Positions 28,241-37,056 of a stretch of 40,497 bases of DNA are shown piece after piece. Source of the stretch: Planctomycetota bacterium (GTDB lineage: Bacteria > Planctomycetota > PLA2 > JAEUHO01); the NCBI GenBank assembly GCA_050248855.1, contig JBFWRP010000015.1:1-40497 (forward strand), read 5' to 3'. The position numbers and the translations under genes were made by a program. Each line of letters starts with the position of its first letter. Positions within the stretch are counted from its first letter, which is position 1. The notes under the pieces are model-generated. The model was not told the origin of the DNA. It worked only from the letters and a program-made list of their open reading frames with translations, and made no database searches.

Positions 28241-29257
28241 TCACCGACCGCGGCGATGCGAGAGGTCCTCGAGGCGGCGGCGCTCCGAGCGCGAGAGACC
28301 TGCCAAGCCGACTTCGCTGACGCGCGCGAGCAGGCGGTCCATCTCCTCGTCGTCCGCGACACGCTGCGCCTGTTCGCGTTCCATGCGCGCCGCCTCCTTG
28401 CGCGCCACCTTGGTCGCGTGGCGTTCGGCGGCATCGCCGCCGGTCCTGCCGGCGCGCCACGCGTCGGGGTCGGCCTCCCAGGGGTCACGTGGACGATCGG
28501 CGTACCAGCGGGCGCCAAACCGCGAGGCCTTGATCAGCTGCCAGCAGATCAGGCCGTTGCTGACCGCGATGGCGAGCAGCAAGCCGCCGCGCCAGCCGCG
28601 GTCGAAGAACAGGCCGTAGATGCCGAGCAGGAAGGCGCCCACCAGCCCGACGCGGCTCGCGGTGCGGAGCGCCCGGACCTCGCCCTGGCGTAGCGCCAAG
28701 ATCCCCATCAGCACCCGCCCGCCGTCCATGGGCAGGAACGGCAGCAGGTTGAAGAGGGCCAGCATCAGCTGGAGGACGAAGAACGTGCCGATGGCCACGC
28801 CGAGCAGGTCGACGCCCGCGACCAGGGGGCCGGATCCGTATGGGAAGAGCTCGTGAAGAGGCCAAGCCACGGCCAGCGCGAGCACGTGCGTCGCCGGGCC
28901 CGCCAACGCGATCACGATGTCGGCCCGGGGGTGGGGGGCGGGCTCGGCCAAATGGGCCAGGCCGCCGAGCGGCCACAGCGTGATCTTGTGGGTGGGAATG
29001 TTCCAGCGCCGCCCGGCCAGGACGTGGCCCATCTCGTGGGCCCAGATCACCGCGTAGAGCACCGTGGCCCCGACGACGGCCGCCAGCAGGGCTCCGGCGA
29101 ACGGGACGCCGACCCGCGACCACTCCCACGTGAACAGACCCACGGAGAGCACCAAGGCCAGCACGTGCAGCTCGACCGGCACGCCGAAGGGGCGGCCCAG
29201 GGGGATGCGGGCCCCGAAGGCACGCACGAGCGGATGGCGGGGGGCCCAGGGCTCCAC
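28241..29257 (-). CDS. Site-2 protease (peptidase M50) with C-terminal helical tail
   Basis: HEMGH, IALAGP, FNLLPFLPMDGGR; tail EEMDRLLARVSEVGLAGLSRSERRRL; start re-called at GTG 29257. Confidence 0.9.
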   Translation of the reverse strand: MEPWAPRHPLVRAFGARIPLGRPFGVPVELHVLALVLSVGLFTWEWSRVGVPFAGALLAAVVGATVLYAVIWAHEMGHVLAGRRWNIPTHKITLWPLGGLAHLAEPAPHPRADIVIALAGPATHVLALAVAWPLHELFPYGSGPLVAGVDLLGVAIGTFFVLQLMLALFNLLPFLPMDGGRVLMGILALRQGEVRALRTASRVGLVGAFLLGIYGLFFDRGWRGGLLLAIAVSNGLICWQLIKASRFGARWYADRPRDPWEADPDAWRAGRTGGDAAERHATKVARKEAARMEREQAQRVADDEEMDRLLARVSEVGLAGLSRSERRRLEDLSHRRGR

Positions 29258-29432
29258 GGGCGGGATCCTACCGCTTGCGGAACGGGCCGCGACGCGTCGG
29301 CCCCTGCGAAACGACGGGCCGACACGCCTTCGCGCCCGCGCGGTCTCGGCAGCGCGACGTTGGGGTCCTGGCGGCGTGGTGCGTAGGATCCCCCGACGCG
29401 TCCGGCGGGGGGTGCGCGGAGCGGAGAACGAC

Positions 29433-30617
29433 GTGCCGACAAGCTCTCGCGGCACCCGCGTCCTCGTCGTGAGCGGCTCGGCCGGTCACGGCCACACGAT
29501 GGCCGGCGAGGCCCTCGAGGCCGCGTTCCGCCTGCACCCGTCGCCCGTCACCGTCGAGCACTGGGATGCGGTCGAGGGCATGACCCGCATCTATGCGCAT
29601 ACCTACCGCAAGGGCTACGTGCGCCTGGTCGACCGGCACCCGATGCTCTGGCGCTGGGTGTACGAGCGCACGGACGTGGACGTCTCGCCGCTGACGAACG
29701 CGCTGACGCGCCTGGCGGCGCGGTCGTTCATCGAGAAGGTGATCGCGTGGAAGCCCGATGCGATCGTCTGCACGCACTTCCTGGCGCCCGAGATCTTCCA
29801 GGAGCCGATCGCGCGGGGCCGACTCGACGCGCGCCTGCACGCCGTCATCACCGACCACGACGTGCATCGCATCTGGTACTGGCCTGCCGTGTCCCGCTAC
29901 CACGTCGCGTCCGACCTCGTCGGTGCCCGGCTCATGCTCCGCTACGGCGTGCCGCAGTCCCGGGTGCACGTCAGCGGCATCCCGATCCGTCCGCAGTTCC
30001 TCGAGCCCGTCGACGTGCCCGCCGTTCGCGCGCAGTGGAGCCTGGATGCGGCGCGCCCCGTCGTGCTCTTCCTCTCGGGCGGCTTCGCCGCGGGTGACTT
30101 GCGCCGCGCCATCCACGGCTTGTGGCTCGAGCGGCGCGATGCACAGGTGCTTGCCGTGTGCGGGCGCAACGAGCGGCTGCGCCGTCGCGTGGCCAGCGTG
30201 CCGCGGCCGAGCGGCGCCGTGCTGCACGCGCTGCCCTTCGTGCGCGACGTCGCCAGCCTCATGACCGTGGCCGACGTGGTGGTCGCCAAGAGCGGTGGCA
30301 TCACCACGTCGGAGTGCATGGCGCTGGGCAAGCCCATGGTGATCAACGCCGCCATCGCCGGGCAGGAGGAGCGCAACGCGCTCGCCGTCGTGGAAGCCGG
30401 CGCCGGGGCCTTCGCCCCGACGGTCGAGGAGGTGCGCTGGCGGCTGGGCCGCCTGCTGGGCGACGAGACGGCGCGTCGCGCCATGGCCGAGGGGGCCCGC
30501 GCCTTCGGCCGGCCCGACGCGGCTCGCCACATCGTGCAGGACATCCTGGGCACGGTGGCCCGCGACGTGCCCCAGGCCGGGCCCTGGTTCCACGGAGCCG
30601 TGCGCCCGCGCTCCTGA
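29433..30617 (+). CDS. MGDG-synthase/UgtP-family glycosyltransferase (GT28-like)
   Basis: SAGHGH, KPDAIVCTHF, VITD, SGIPIRPQF, VCGRNE, KSGGITTSE, GQEERNA. Confidence 0.88.
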   Translation: MPTSSRGTRVLVVSGSAGHGHTMAGEALEAAFRLHPSPVTVEHWDAVEGMTRIYAHTYRKGYVRLVDRHPMLWRWVYERTDVDVSPLTNALTRLAARSFIEKVIAWKPDAIVCTHFLAPEIFQEPIARGRLDARLHAVITDHDVHRIWYWPAVSRYHVASDLVGARLMLRYGVPQSRVHVSGIPIRPQFLEPVDVPAVRAQWSLDAARPVVLFLSGGFAAGDLRRAIHGLWLERRDAQVLAVCGRNERLRRRVASVPRPSGAVLHALPFVRDVASLMTVADVVVAKSGGITTSECMALGKPMVINAAIAGQEERNALAVVEAGAGAFAPTVEEVRWRLGRLLGDETARRAMAEGARAFGRPDAARHIVQDILGTVARDVPQAGPWFHGAVRPRS

Positions 30618-30635
30618 AGACGTGCGTCGGTCCGG

Positions 30636-30668
30636 CGCTTGCCTTCCCGGGTGCGCCTTTCCGATAGG
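30636..30668 (+). promoter_or_regulatory. Weaker third copy of the sigma28-like motif
   Basis: CGCTTGC-N17-TCCGATAGG just upstream of GTG 30675. Confidence 0.3.
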
Positions 30669-30674
30669 GCTCCC

Positions 30675-33452
30675 GTGAAGCCGACGGGTGACCCCGACTG
30701 GTTCGAGCACCGTGCCGCATCGCCCCTGACGGGTCGCGAGCCACTGCTCGGGCGCCTGCGCCAGCGCCTGGCGTCCCGCGAGCCAGGCTGGGGGTGGATC
30801 ACCTTGCTCGGGCCGCCCGGCTCCGGCGTGACGCGCTTGGTCGAGGAGGCCGAGGCCGTTGCGCGCAGCGAGGGCACTCCCTTCGTCCTCCGCCTGCACC
30901 CCGTCGGCACCAACACGGCGCCGCCCATGGAGCCCCTGCGCAGGGCGCTGGCGCGCGCGTTCGCGCTCCAGAGCAACCCGCAGCGTCTGGAGCGGGCCCT
31001 GCGCAGCTGCTTCCCGGAGGGTACCGACGAGGTCGGCGCCCTCTCGGCGTGGCTGGTCGGCGGCGAGGGCTCCGTGCACATGGCCCGTCCGTCGCCCGCC
31101 CACGTGCGCCGCTTCGTCCAGCACCTCGTGCGCGGCGGGCCCGTGCTCGTGGACGACCACGAGCAGATGGACGAAGGCACGCGCGAGGTCCTGCGCCCGA
31201 GCCAGGAGGGGGAAGGGTTCGGGGTGGTCGCCGGGTCGCACGCGGCGCGCGCGGACGCCGTGGGTGACGTGTGGGACGTCGAGCCGCTCTCGCGCAGCCA
31301 GATCGAGCTGCTCTTCAAGCGCTGGTTCAAGCACACACCGACGGCCAAGCGGCTCACCACGATGCTCGCCGAGCCCTGCCAGGGACTGGCGGGCCGCCTG
31401 GTGCTGGCCGCCCGTGAGCTCGGACGCGAGGGGGCGCTGGTCACCTCCGCGCGCGGCGTGGTGCTCGATCGCGTGCCGGCCTCGTGGCCGGACGGGCGGC
31501 GCGACCCGCACTTCCTGCGCCGGTTGACGGCCACGGACGCCACGGCCCGCCGCGTCCTGGAAGTCGTCGCCCTGCTCGGGGGCTTCGAGCGCACCGACCT
31601 CGTCGCCGATGCCGCGAGCGTCAAGCCCGCCGTCGTGGATGCGCTGCGCCAGGAACTCGTGGCGGCGCGCGGCGGGAGCGCGCCCGGCCTGTTCTTCCCG
31701 TCCAGCACCGAGCGCGACGCGCACGTGGCTCGCGTGAGCCGGGCTCGGACGAGCAGCGTGCACGCACGGATTGCGGAGGCGGCGGAGCGTCACGCGCGGC
31801 AGCACGGCCTCGCCGTCCCCGCGCTGCATGCGGTGCTGCACAGGCTCCACGGTGGCGAGGGGGTCCTCGAGGAGGTCGCGCAAGCGCTCGAGCGCGTCGT
31901 GCGCCAGGCGCCCGCGGCCCACATGGTGCAGACCTGGGTGCTCGATCTCCTGGGCACGGCCGTCGAGCGCTTGGGGCAGCAGCCGCGGCCCGAGCTCGAG
32001 CCGGTGATTGCGCGCACGTTGATGTTGCTCGACCAAGCCGGGCGCGGGCCCCGCCAAGGAGCCTTGCTGCGCCTGCTCGGGGAGCGGGTGCAGCGCGTCA
32101 CGCCGAGCGGTCTCTGGATCGCCGCCCGTGCGGCGGAAGACCGGGGGCGACGCGACGAGGCGATGGCCTTGCTGGCGGCCCACCTGCCCGCGATCTCCGT
32201 CGGCGACGATCACGCCGGCGCGTTCGATGCCTGGGCCCAGCTGGCGCGCTGGCAGTACGAGGCGAGCGATGTCGAGGCGGCGTGCGCGAGCGGCACGCGG
32301 GCGCTGGCCCACCTCGATCCCGCGGACCTGCACCGCCGCGCCATGTGGCACGGCGGCATGTCCGTCATCGCGCGGGATCGCGGGCGCCTCGGCGCCGCCA
32401 TCGGGCATGGGCGGCGTTGCGTCGGCATGCTGCGTGCGCTGGGTTATCTGCGGCCCGCCGGTGCGGCGCTGCTGCGCCTGGGCAGCTTCGAGGCCGATCG
32501 CGGGCATTCCTACGAGGCCTTGGATGCCCTGGCACGCGCCGCGCATCTCTATCAGGTCGTGGCGGACGCGGAGGGCGAAGCGCAGGCGTTGTTCGCGATG
32601 GGCCAGGTCCAGGCGCGCTGCCAAGCGTACGAGGCGGCGGCCAATCACCTGGAGCGCTCACTGGCCGTCGTGGAGCAGGGGGGGCTCGAGCGCTTGCGCG
32701 TGCCCCTGCACCTGGCGCTGTCCCAGGCGCATCGCGGGCGCGGCGCCCTGGACGCCGAGCGGCGGCATGCGGGCCATGCCGTGCAACACGCCACCGCAGC
32801 GCTTGCGCGGCTGCGGGCCGCTGCGGCGCTGGCCGAGGCGGACCTGCGCTCGGGCGCGCCGGGCGCCGAGTGGCTCCTCGAGCGCAGCGAGCAGGACCTT
32901 CGTGCCGCCGGGCTCACGCGGGAGGCGGACGTGGCGCGCGCCATCCTGGCCGAGGCCCGGCTGCGTGCCGGCGCGCCCGACGAGGCCCGCCGCCTCCTGG
33001 CCGAGGCCGACGAGCACGTGCCGGAGGTGCGGCTGACGCAGGCGCGTCTGGACCGCGCGGCGGGCCACGACCGGCGCGCGCTGAGCCTGCTCGAGGGTCT
33101 GGCCGCGGACACGAACCTCCCCGTGGACCTGCGCGCGGCGGCGCACATCCATGCCGCGGCTACGTGGCTCCACGGCGGAAGCCTGCGCGAGGCCCAGCGG
33201 GCGGCCACGGCCGGGGCCGCCCTGCTCGAGGTCATGCAACGCAGCAGGGCCCACGATGCGCGACTGCACGGCATCCTGTCGCGCGTCTTCGCGCAGGTCG
33301 GCGAGACGGGCCGAGCGGCGGGCCATCGGCACCTGTCACGCCGCGGCATGCGCCGCCTCGTCGAGGCTGCAGCCGATCCCGACGAGGCCCGCCGCATGGT
33401 CCGCCTGCACTGGCAGGGCGACGCGCGTCCTTCCCTGCGGGTGACCGCCTAG
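30675..33452 (+). CDS. STAND-like (AAA_16-type) ATPase-TPR protein, degenerate P-loop
   Basis: PLTGREPLL, ITLLGPPGSGVTRL (Walker A K to V), VLVDDHEQMD (Walker B), long C-terminal TPR-like helices. Confidence 0.75.
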   Translation: MKPTGDPDWFEHRAASPLTGREPLLGRLRQRLASREPGWGWITLLGPPGSGVTRLVEEAEAVARSEGTPFVLRLHPVGTNTAPPMEPLRRALARAFALQSNPQRLERALRSCFPEGTDEVGALSAWLVGGEGSVHMARPSPAHVRRFVQHLVRGGPVLVDDHEQMDEGTREVLRPSQEGEGFGVVAGSHAARADAVGDVWDVEPLSRSQIELLFKRWFKHTPTAKRLTTMLAEPCQGLAGRLVLAARELGREGALVTSARGVVLDRVPASWPDGRRDPHFLRRLTATDATARRVLEVVALLGGFERTDLVADAASVKPAVVDALRQELVAARGGSAPGLFFPSSTERDAHVARVSRARTSSVHARIAEAAERHARQHGLAVPALHAVLHRLHGGEGVLEEVAQALERVVRQAPAAHMVQTWVLDLLGTAVERLGQQPRPELEPVIARTLMLLDQAGRGPRQGALLRLLGERVQRVTPSGLWIAARAAEDRGRRDEAMALLAAHLPAISVGDDHAGAFDAWAQLARWQYEASDVEAACASGTRALAHLDPADLHRRAMWHGGMSVIARDRGRLGAAIGHGRRCVGMLRALGYLRPAGAALLRLGSFEADRGHSYEALDALARAAHLYQVVADAEGEAQALFAMGQVQARCQAYEAAANHLERSLAVVEQGGLERLRVPLHLALSQAHRGRGALDAERRHAGHAVQHATAALARLRAAAALAEADLRSGAPGAEWLLERSEQDLRAAGLTREADVARAILAEARLRAGAPDEARRLLAEADEHVPEVRLTQARLDRAAGHDRRALSLLEGLAADTNLPVDLRAAAHIHAAATWLHGGSLREAQRAATAGAALLEVMQRSRAHDARLHGILSRVFAQVGETGRAAGHRHLSRRGMRRLVEAAADPDEARRMVRLHWQGDARPSLRVTA

Positions 33453-33677
33453 GGAAGACGCCTCCTGCTGCGGCCACCGGGTCTCTTGCTGCGCCACTGC
33501 CCAGCTCGAATCCGGGTCCTCTACGGTCAGGAGACCGCCTCCGGCCCGGATTCCCGTCGTGCCTGTGGCTCGCTTCGGCCCCGGCGCCCTCGCGACGGAG
33601 TGTTGTCAGGCAGACCCTGGCGGCGTGGTTCGGGGAGGCCCCTTGGCGCGCTGCGGTGGTTCGGGCAGGATCCGGCC

Positions 33678-34778
33678 ATGCCGAGACTTCGTCCGCTGCG
33701 TACCGGCCGTGCGGTCCTGCTCGTCCTCCTGGGTGGCCTCGGCGCGCTCGCCTGGGCCGCTCCCGCTTTCGCGGATGCGCCTGCTCCCGAGCCGCGGCTC
33801 GCGCCGCGCGAGGCGCCGCGCACGACGTTGCGTCGTCGTACCCCGGGGTGGCACGGTCCCATCGAGATCCGCGAGACCTGGGCGCTGGCCCAGCCCCTGC
33901 TGTCCCTTCCCGCCACGTCGGCCGAGGTGCTGCCGTGCGGTTGCTCGCAGGTGCGCCTGCTCGTCAACCGCGGCAACGACTTCGGCTGGCGGCAGGACGA
34001 AGAAGGTGAGAACCCGGCGGTCCGCGACTTCCTGATCGACGCCGAGCACATGACCACGGCCATCGAGCTGCGCCACGGCCTGGCGCGGGGATGGGACGTG
34101 GGCGTGCGCGTGCCCGTGTGGTGGCGCGGTGCGGGCTTCATGGACGACGTCATCGACCTGTTCCACGAGACCACCGGCCTCATGGACAACATCCGCAGCG
34201 CCTTCGACACCAATCGATACCGCATCGAGGGTCGCAACACGCTCGGGCTACCGTTCTCGTGGAACGACGAGAAGGGCTGGGGTCTTGGCCGGATCGAGCT
34301 GGAGGTCCGCCGTTCGCTCGGCTGCCACCTCGGCGGCGACTGGGCCGTGGTGCTGCGCGCGGGGCTGGCGACCGGGTCCGGGCCCTTCCGCTTCCGCGAT
34401 GGCGTGGACGTGGGTGCGCAGCTCGTGCACTCGCGCTGCATCAACCGTCGCCTCGCGTTCCACGGGGGCATCGGCATCGTCCGCCATGGTGATCGCTCGC
34501 TCCAGGGCGTGCACTACGCGGAGTGGCGGCCCCACTGGTTCGCGGCCATCGAGTTCCGGGCGACGCGCCGCATGAGCGTCCTCGTGCAGTCGGGCTGGGC
34601 CGACCAGCTGGCTGACAACATCCTCGGCTACCCCGAGACGCACGGGTACCTGGACTTCGGCATCGCCTACCAGCTGTCCAACCGCACGACGCTCGAGATC
34701 CTGGTCAACGAGAACCTCGAGAACCAGCAGTCCACGACGGACTTCGGCGTGCTCGTGGGTCTGAGGCATCGCTTCTAG
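33678..34778 (+). CDS. DUF3187-like exported protein (probable outer-membrane beta-barrel)
   Basis: Signal peptide; VPVWWRGAGFMDDVIDLFH; alternating beta-strands; ends DFGVLVGLRHRF with terminal Phe. Confidence 0.7.
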   Translation: MPRLRPLRTGRAVLLVLLGGLGALAWAAPAFADAPAPEPRLAPREAPRTTLRRRTPGWHGPIEIRETWALAQPLLSLPATSAEVLPCGCSQVRLLVNRGNDFGWRQDEEGENPAVRDFLIDAEHMTTAIELRHGLARGWDVGVRVPVWWRGAGFMDDVIDLFHETTGLMDNIRSAFDTNRYRIEGRNTLGLPFSWNDEKGWGLGRIELEVRRSLGCHLGGDWAVVLRAGLATGSGPFRFRDGVDVGAQLVHSRCINRRLAFHGGIGIVRHGDRSLQGVHYAEWRPHWFAAIEFRATRRMSVLVQSGWADQLADNILGYPETHGYLDFGIAYQLSNRTTLEILVNENLENQQSTTDFGVLVGLRHRF

Positions 34779-34797
34779 CGCTGCACGGAGGCGCCCC

Positions 34798-34823
34798 GTA
34801 CGGAGTCTCACCCGACTCCGTAC
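34798..34823. repeat. REP-like palindrome
   Basis: GTACGGAGTC-TCACCC-GACTCCGTAC, perfect 10-bp stem between convergent genes; near-identical inverted copy at 40428-40452. Confidence 0.75.
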
Positions 34824-34831
34824 TTCGTGGT

Positions 34832-35824
34832 TCACTGCCCGAGTAGCTTGAGCCACGGGCCTTCGATGCGCTGGAGGTCGAGCTGGGCGCCGGCGAGGCG
34901 CGCGACGATGGAGCCGTCGGCGGCGAGGAGGATGCACGCCGACGCGGTCGCCGGCAAGCCGAGGTGACGCGAGAACATCGCCCCGTCGATGGCGTCGTGG
35001 AACGTGGACGCCGAGCGCTCGAGCCCTACGCGCAGCGCGCGCACCTCGTCCTCGCGTGTTGCGCCAGGGACGCGGCGGATGCCTTCCATCGTGAAGCCGC
35101 GCGCGAGAGGCACCACCTCGAGGGATGCGTCGGGCGAACGCGCGCGCCAGCGTTCCCACTGCGACGCGAGCGTGCCGCCGGCGCGCACCGCGAACGTGTC
35201 CACGACCAGCACCGCCCGCGGCGTGGGCGGTGTCGCGGCGGGCAGCTCCAGGCCCAGGTCCGTAGCCTCCGTGGCCAGGCACCAGCGGCGCATGGCCTCG
35301 ATGCGCTCTTCGAGCTCGCCGTCGTCCAGCGTGGCAGCGAGCTCGAGAGCACGCTCCGCACTGGCGGCGTCGGGGTCACTGCCCTCGACGCGCAGGCGGG
35401 CCGCGTCGAGCGCGGCCTCCGCGAGCCCTGCGGCCAGCAGGTCCTCGCCCAGGCGTCGACCGCCGCTCGTACGCCCCTGGCCATCGAAGTGCGTGCGCAG
35501 CAGCTCGAGATCCTGCGCGGCGTCCTCGATGGCGCCCGTTGCCGCGCGTCGCTCCAGCCGCCACGTCAGCACGGTCCGGGCGGTCTCGCGGTCGGCGTCC
35601 GGGGAGGTCACGGGCCAAGCGAGCAGGGCCGCGTCCAGGGCCTCGGGATCCTCCAGCGCAGCCAGGGCCTCGAGGTCCGGCGGGCCGGCGGGCGCCACGC
35701 CAGCAGGCGGGGCGTCGTCACCACACGCCGCCACCAGCGCGAGCACGGCAAGGCCCGCCAGCGCGAACAGGGTGCTCCGCTGCCGGCGGTTGGAACGGGC
35801 CCGGTACGGAGCAGGAGGCGCCAC
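34832..35824 (-). CDS. Hypothetical lipoprotein (possible redox-inactive thioredoxin-like C-terminus)
   Basis: Lipobox VAAC; C-terminal ILLAADGSIVAR strand pattern; no CxxC. Confidence 0.65.
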   Translation of the reverse strand: MAPPAPYRARSNRRQRSTLFALAGLAVLALVAACGDDAPPAGVAPAGPPDLEALAALEDPEALDAALLAWPVTSPDADRETARTVLTWRLERRAATGAIEDAAQDLELLRTHFDGQGRTSGGRRLGEDLLAAGLAEAALDAARLRVEGSDPDAASAERALELAATLDDGELEERIEAMRRWCLATEATDLGLELPAATPPTPRAVLVVDTFAVRAGGTLASQWERWRARSPDASLEVVPLARGFTMEGIRRVPGATREDEVRALRVGLERSASTFHDAIDGAMFSRHLGLPATASACILLAADGSIVARLAGAQLDLQRIEGPWLKLLGQ

Positions 35825-35847
35825 GCGCGCATCGTACGCTCGCGGCC
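35825..35847. promoter_or_regulatory. Putative bidirectional leaderless promoter
   Basis: ATCGTACGCT gives TACGCT (+, 7 nt before GTG 35848) and TACGAT (-, 6 nt before GTG 35824). Confidence 0.55.
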
Positions 35848-37056
35848 GTGTTGCTCCGTGCCCCCTCCGGCCGCCGCCTCTACTTGGCCTACGGGATGAA
35901 CGTGCACGCGGGGGGCGACCAGGCGGCTTGGCAAGAGGCGCTGGTCGATACCGTCGCGCCGCTTCGGCGCCGTCTCGGGGCGCGCGGTGCGTTCGGCTTG
36001 GCGGTGCGCCTGGATGCGTCGGGCGCGGCGGCCCTGGCCCGCGACGCCGCGGCGCGAGAGGCGCTCGTGGCGCGTCATCGCGCCGAAGGGCTCGTGCCGT
36101 TCACGGGCAACGCCTTCGTCGCGGGCCGGTTCCACGGTGGGCGCGTCAAGGAGGCCGTGTACGCCCCCACGTGGGGCCACCGGGAGCGCACGGCGTACAC
36201 GCTGGACTTCGCGCGCGTGCTCGCCGCCTTCCACGAACCCGGGGCGCGCGTGTCGCTGAGCACGGCCCCCGGCCCGTGGAAGGGATGGACGACGGACGTG
36301 CCCCTGCCGGCGGCTCGTGCGGCGGCCTTGGTCGAGGCAGCCGAGGGCCTGCGCCGGCTGGAACAGGAGACGGGCGTTCGCGTGCGCTTGGGGCTGGAGC
36401 CCGAGCCCGGCTGCGCTCCCGAGACGATCGACGAGACGCTGGCCCTGTTCCGCGGACCGCTGGCGGACGCACTCGAAGGCGCGCCGGCCGCGGCGCCGTA
36501 TCTGGGCGTCTGCTACGACGTCTGCCACCAAGCGGTCCTCCACGAGGACGTGGCAGAGGGCATGGTGCGGCTGCTCGATGCGGGCATCCCCCTCGTGAAG
36601 GTGCAGCTGTCGGTCGCCGTCGAGCTGGCGGACCCGGACGATGCTGCGGCCCGCGCGGCGTTGGCGGGCTTTGCAGAGGGCACGTGGCTGCACCAAGTGG
36701 CCGCGCGAAGCGCGGGCGGCGTGCGCTTCGCGCCGGACCTCGACGTCGCGCTGGCCGATCCGCGGATGGCGGAGGGGCGCCCCTGGCGCGTCCACTTCCA
36801 CGTCCCCGTGGACCGCGCGCGCCTCGCCGGTGGCCTGGGCACCACGGCGCCGGCCCTGGAGGCGGCGCTGGACGTCGTGGCCCGTCGCGACGAGATCGAG
36901 CACCTGGAGATCGAGACGTACTCGTTCGCTGCGCTGCCCGCCGCGGACCGACCCGATGGACCCGACGGGCCGCTGGTGGAAGGCCTGCTTGGCGAGTACC
37001 GCCACGTGCTCGCCGCGCTGGCGCGACGCGGCATCGTGGTCGAGGAGGCGTCATGA
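35848..37056 (+). CDS. eboE: EboE-like TIM-barrel protein (xylose-isomerase-like)
   Basis: LAYGMNVH, FHGGRVKEAVYAPTW, LEPEPGC, GVCYDVCHQAV, KVQLS, LHQV, WRVHFHVP, HLEIETY. Confidence 0.85.
   Translation: MLLRAPSGRRLYLAYGMNVHAGGDQAAWQEALVDTVAPLRRRLGARGAFGLAVRLDASGAAALARDAAAREALVARHRAEGLVPFTGNAFVAGRFHGGRVKEAVYAPTWGHRERTAYTLDFARVLAAFHEPGARVSLSTAPGPWKGWTTDVPLPAARAAALVEAAEGLRRLEQETGVRVRLGLEPEPGCAPETIDETLALFRGPLADALEGAPAAAPYLGVCYDVCHQAVLHEDVAEGMVRLLDAGIPLVKVQLSVAVELADPDDAAARAALAGFAEGTWLHQVAARSAGGVRFAPDLDVALADPRMAEGRPWRVHFHVPVDRARLAGGLGTTAPALEAALDVVARRDEIEHLEIETYSFAALPAADRPDGPDGPLVEGLLGEYRHVLAALARRGIVVEEAS

Noticed and set aside
29268..32648. 1126-aa minus-strand ORF and similar long ORFs (48-1538, 4542-6128, 7394-9658, 21149-24349, 31484-34009)
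   Set aside because: Antisense or off-frame shadows of clear genes; Arg/Ala/Gly-rich with no motifs, as expected at this GC content
33450..33539. Cobalamin-riboswitch-like words (AGGGAA, GCCACTG, GTCAGGAGACC)
   Set aside because: The GGTG..AATCC T-loop arm after AGGGAA is missing and AGGGAA overlaps the upstream stop codon; needs an Rfam scan
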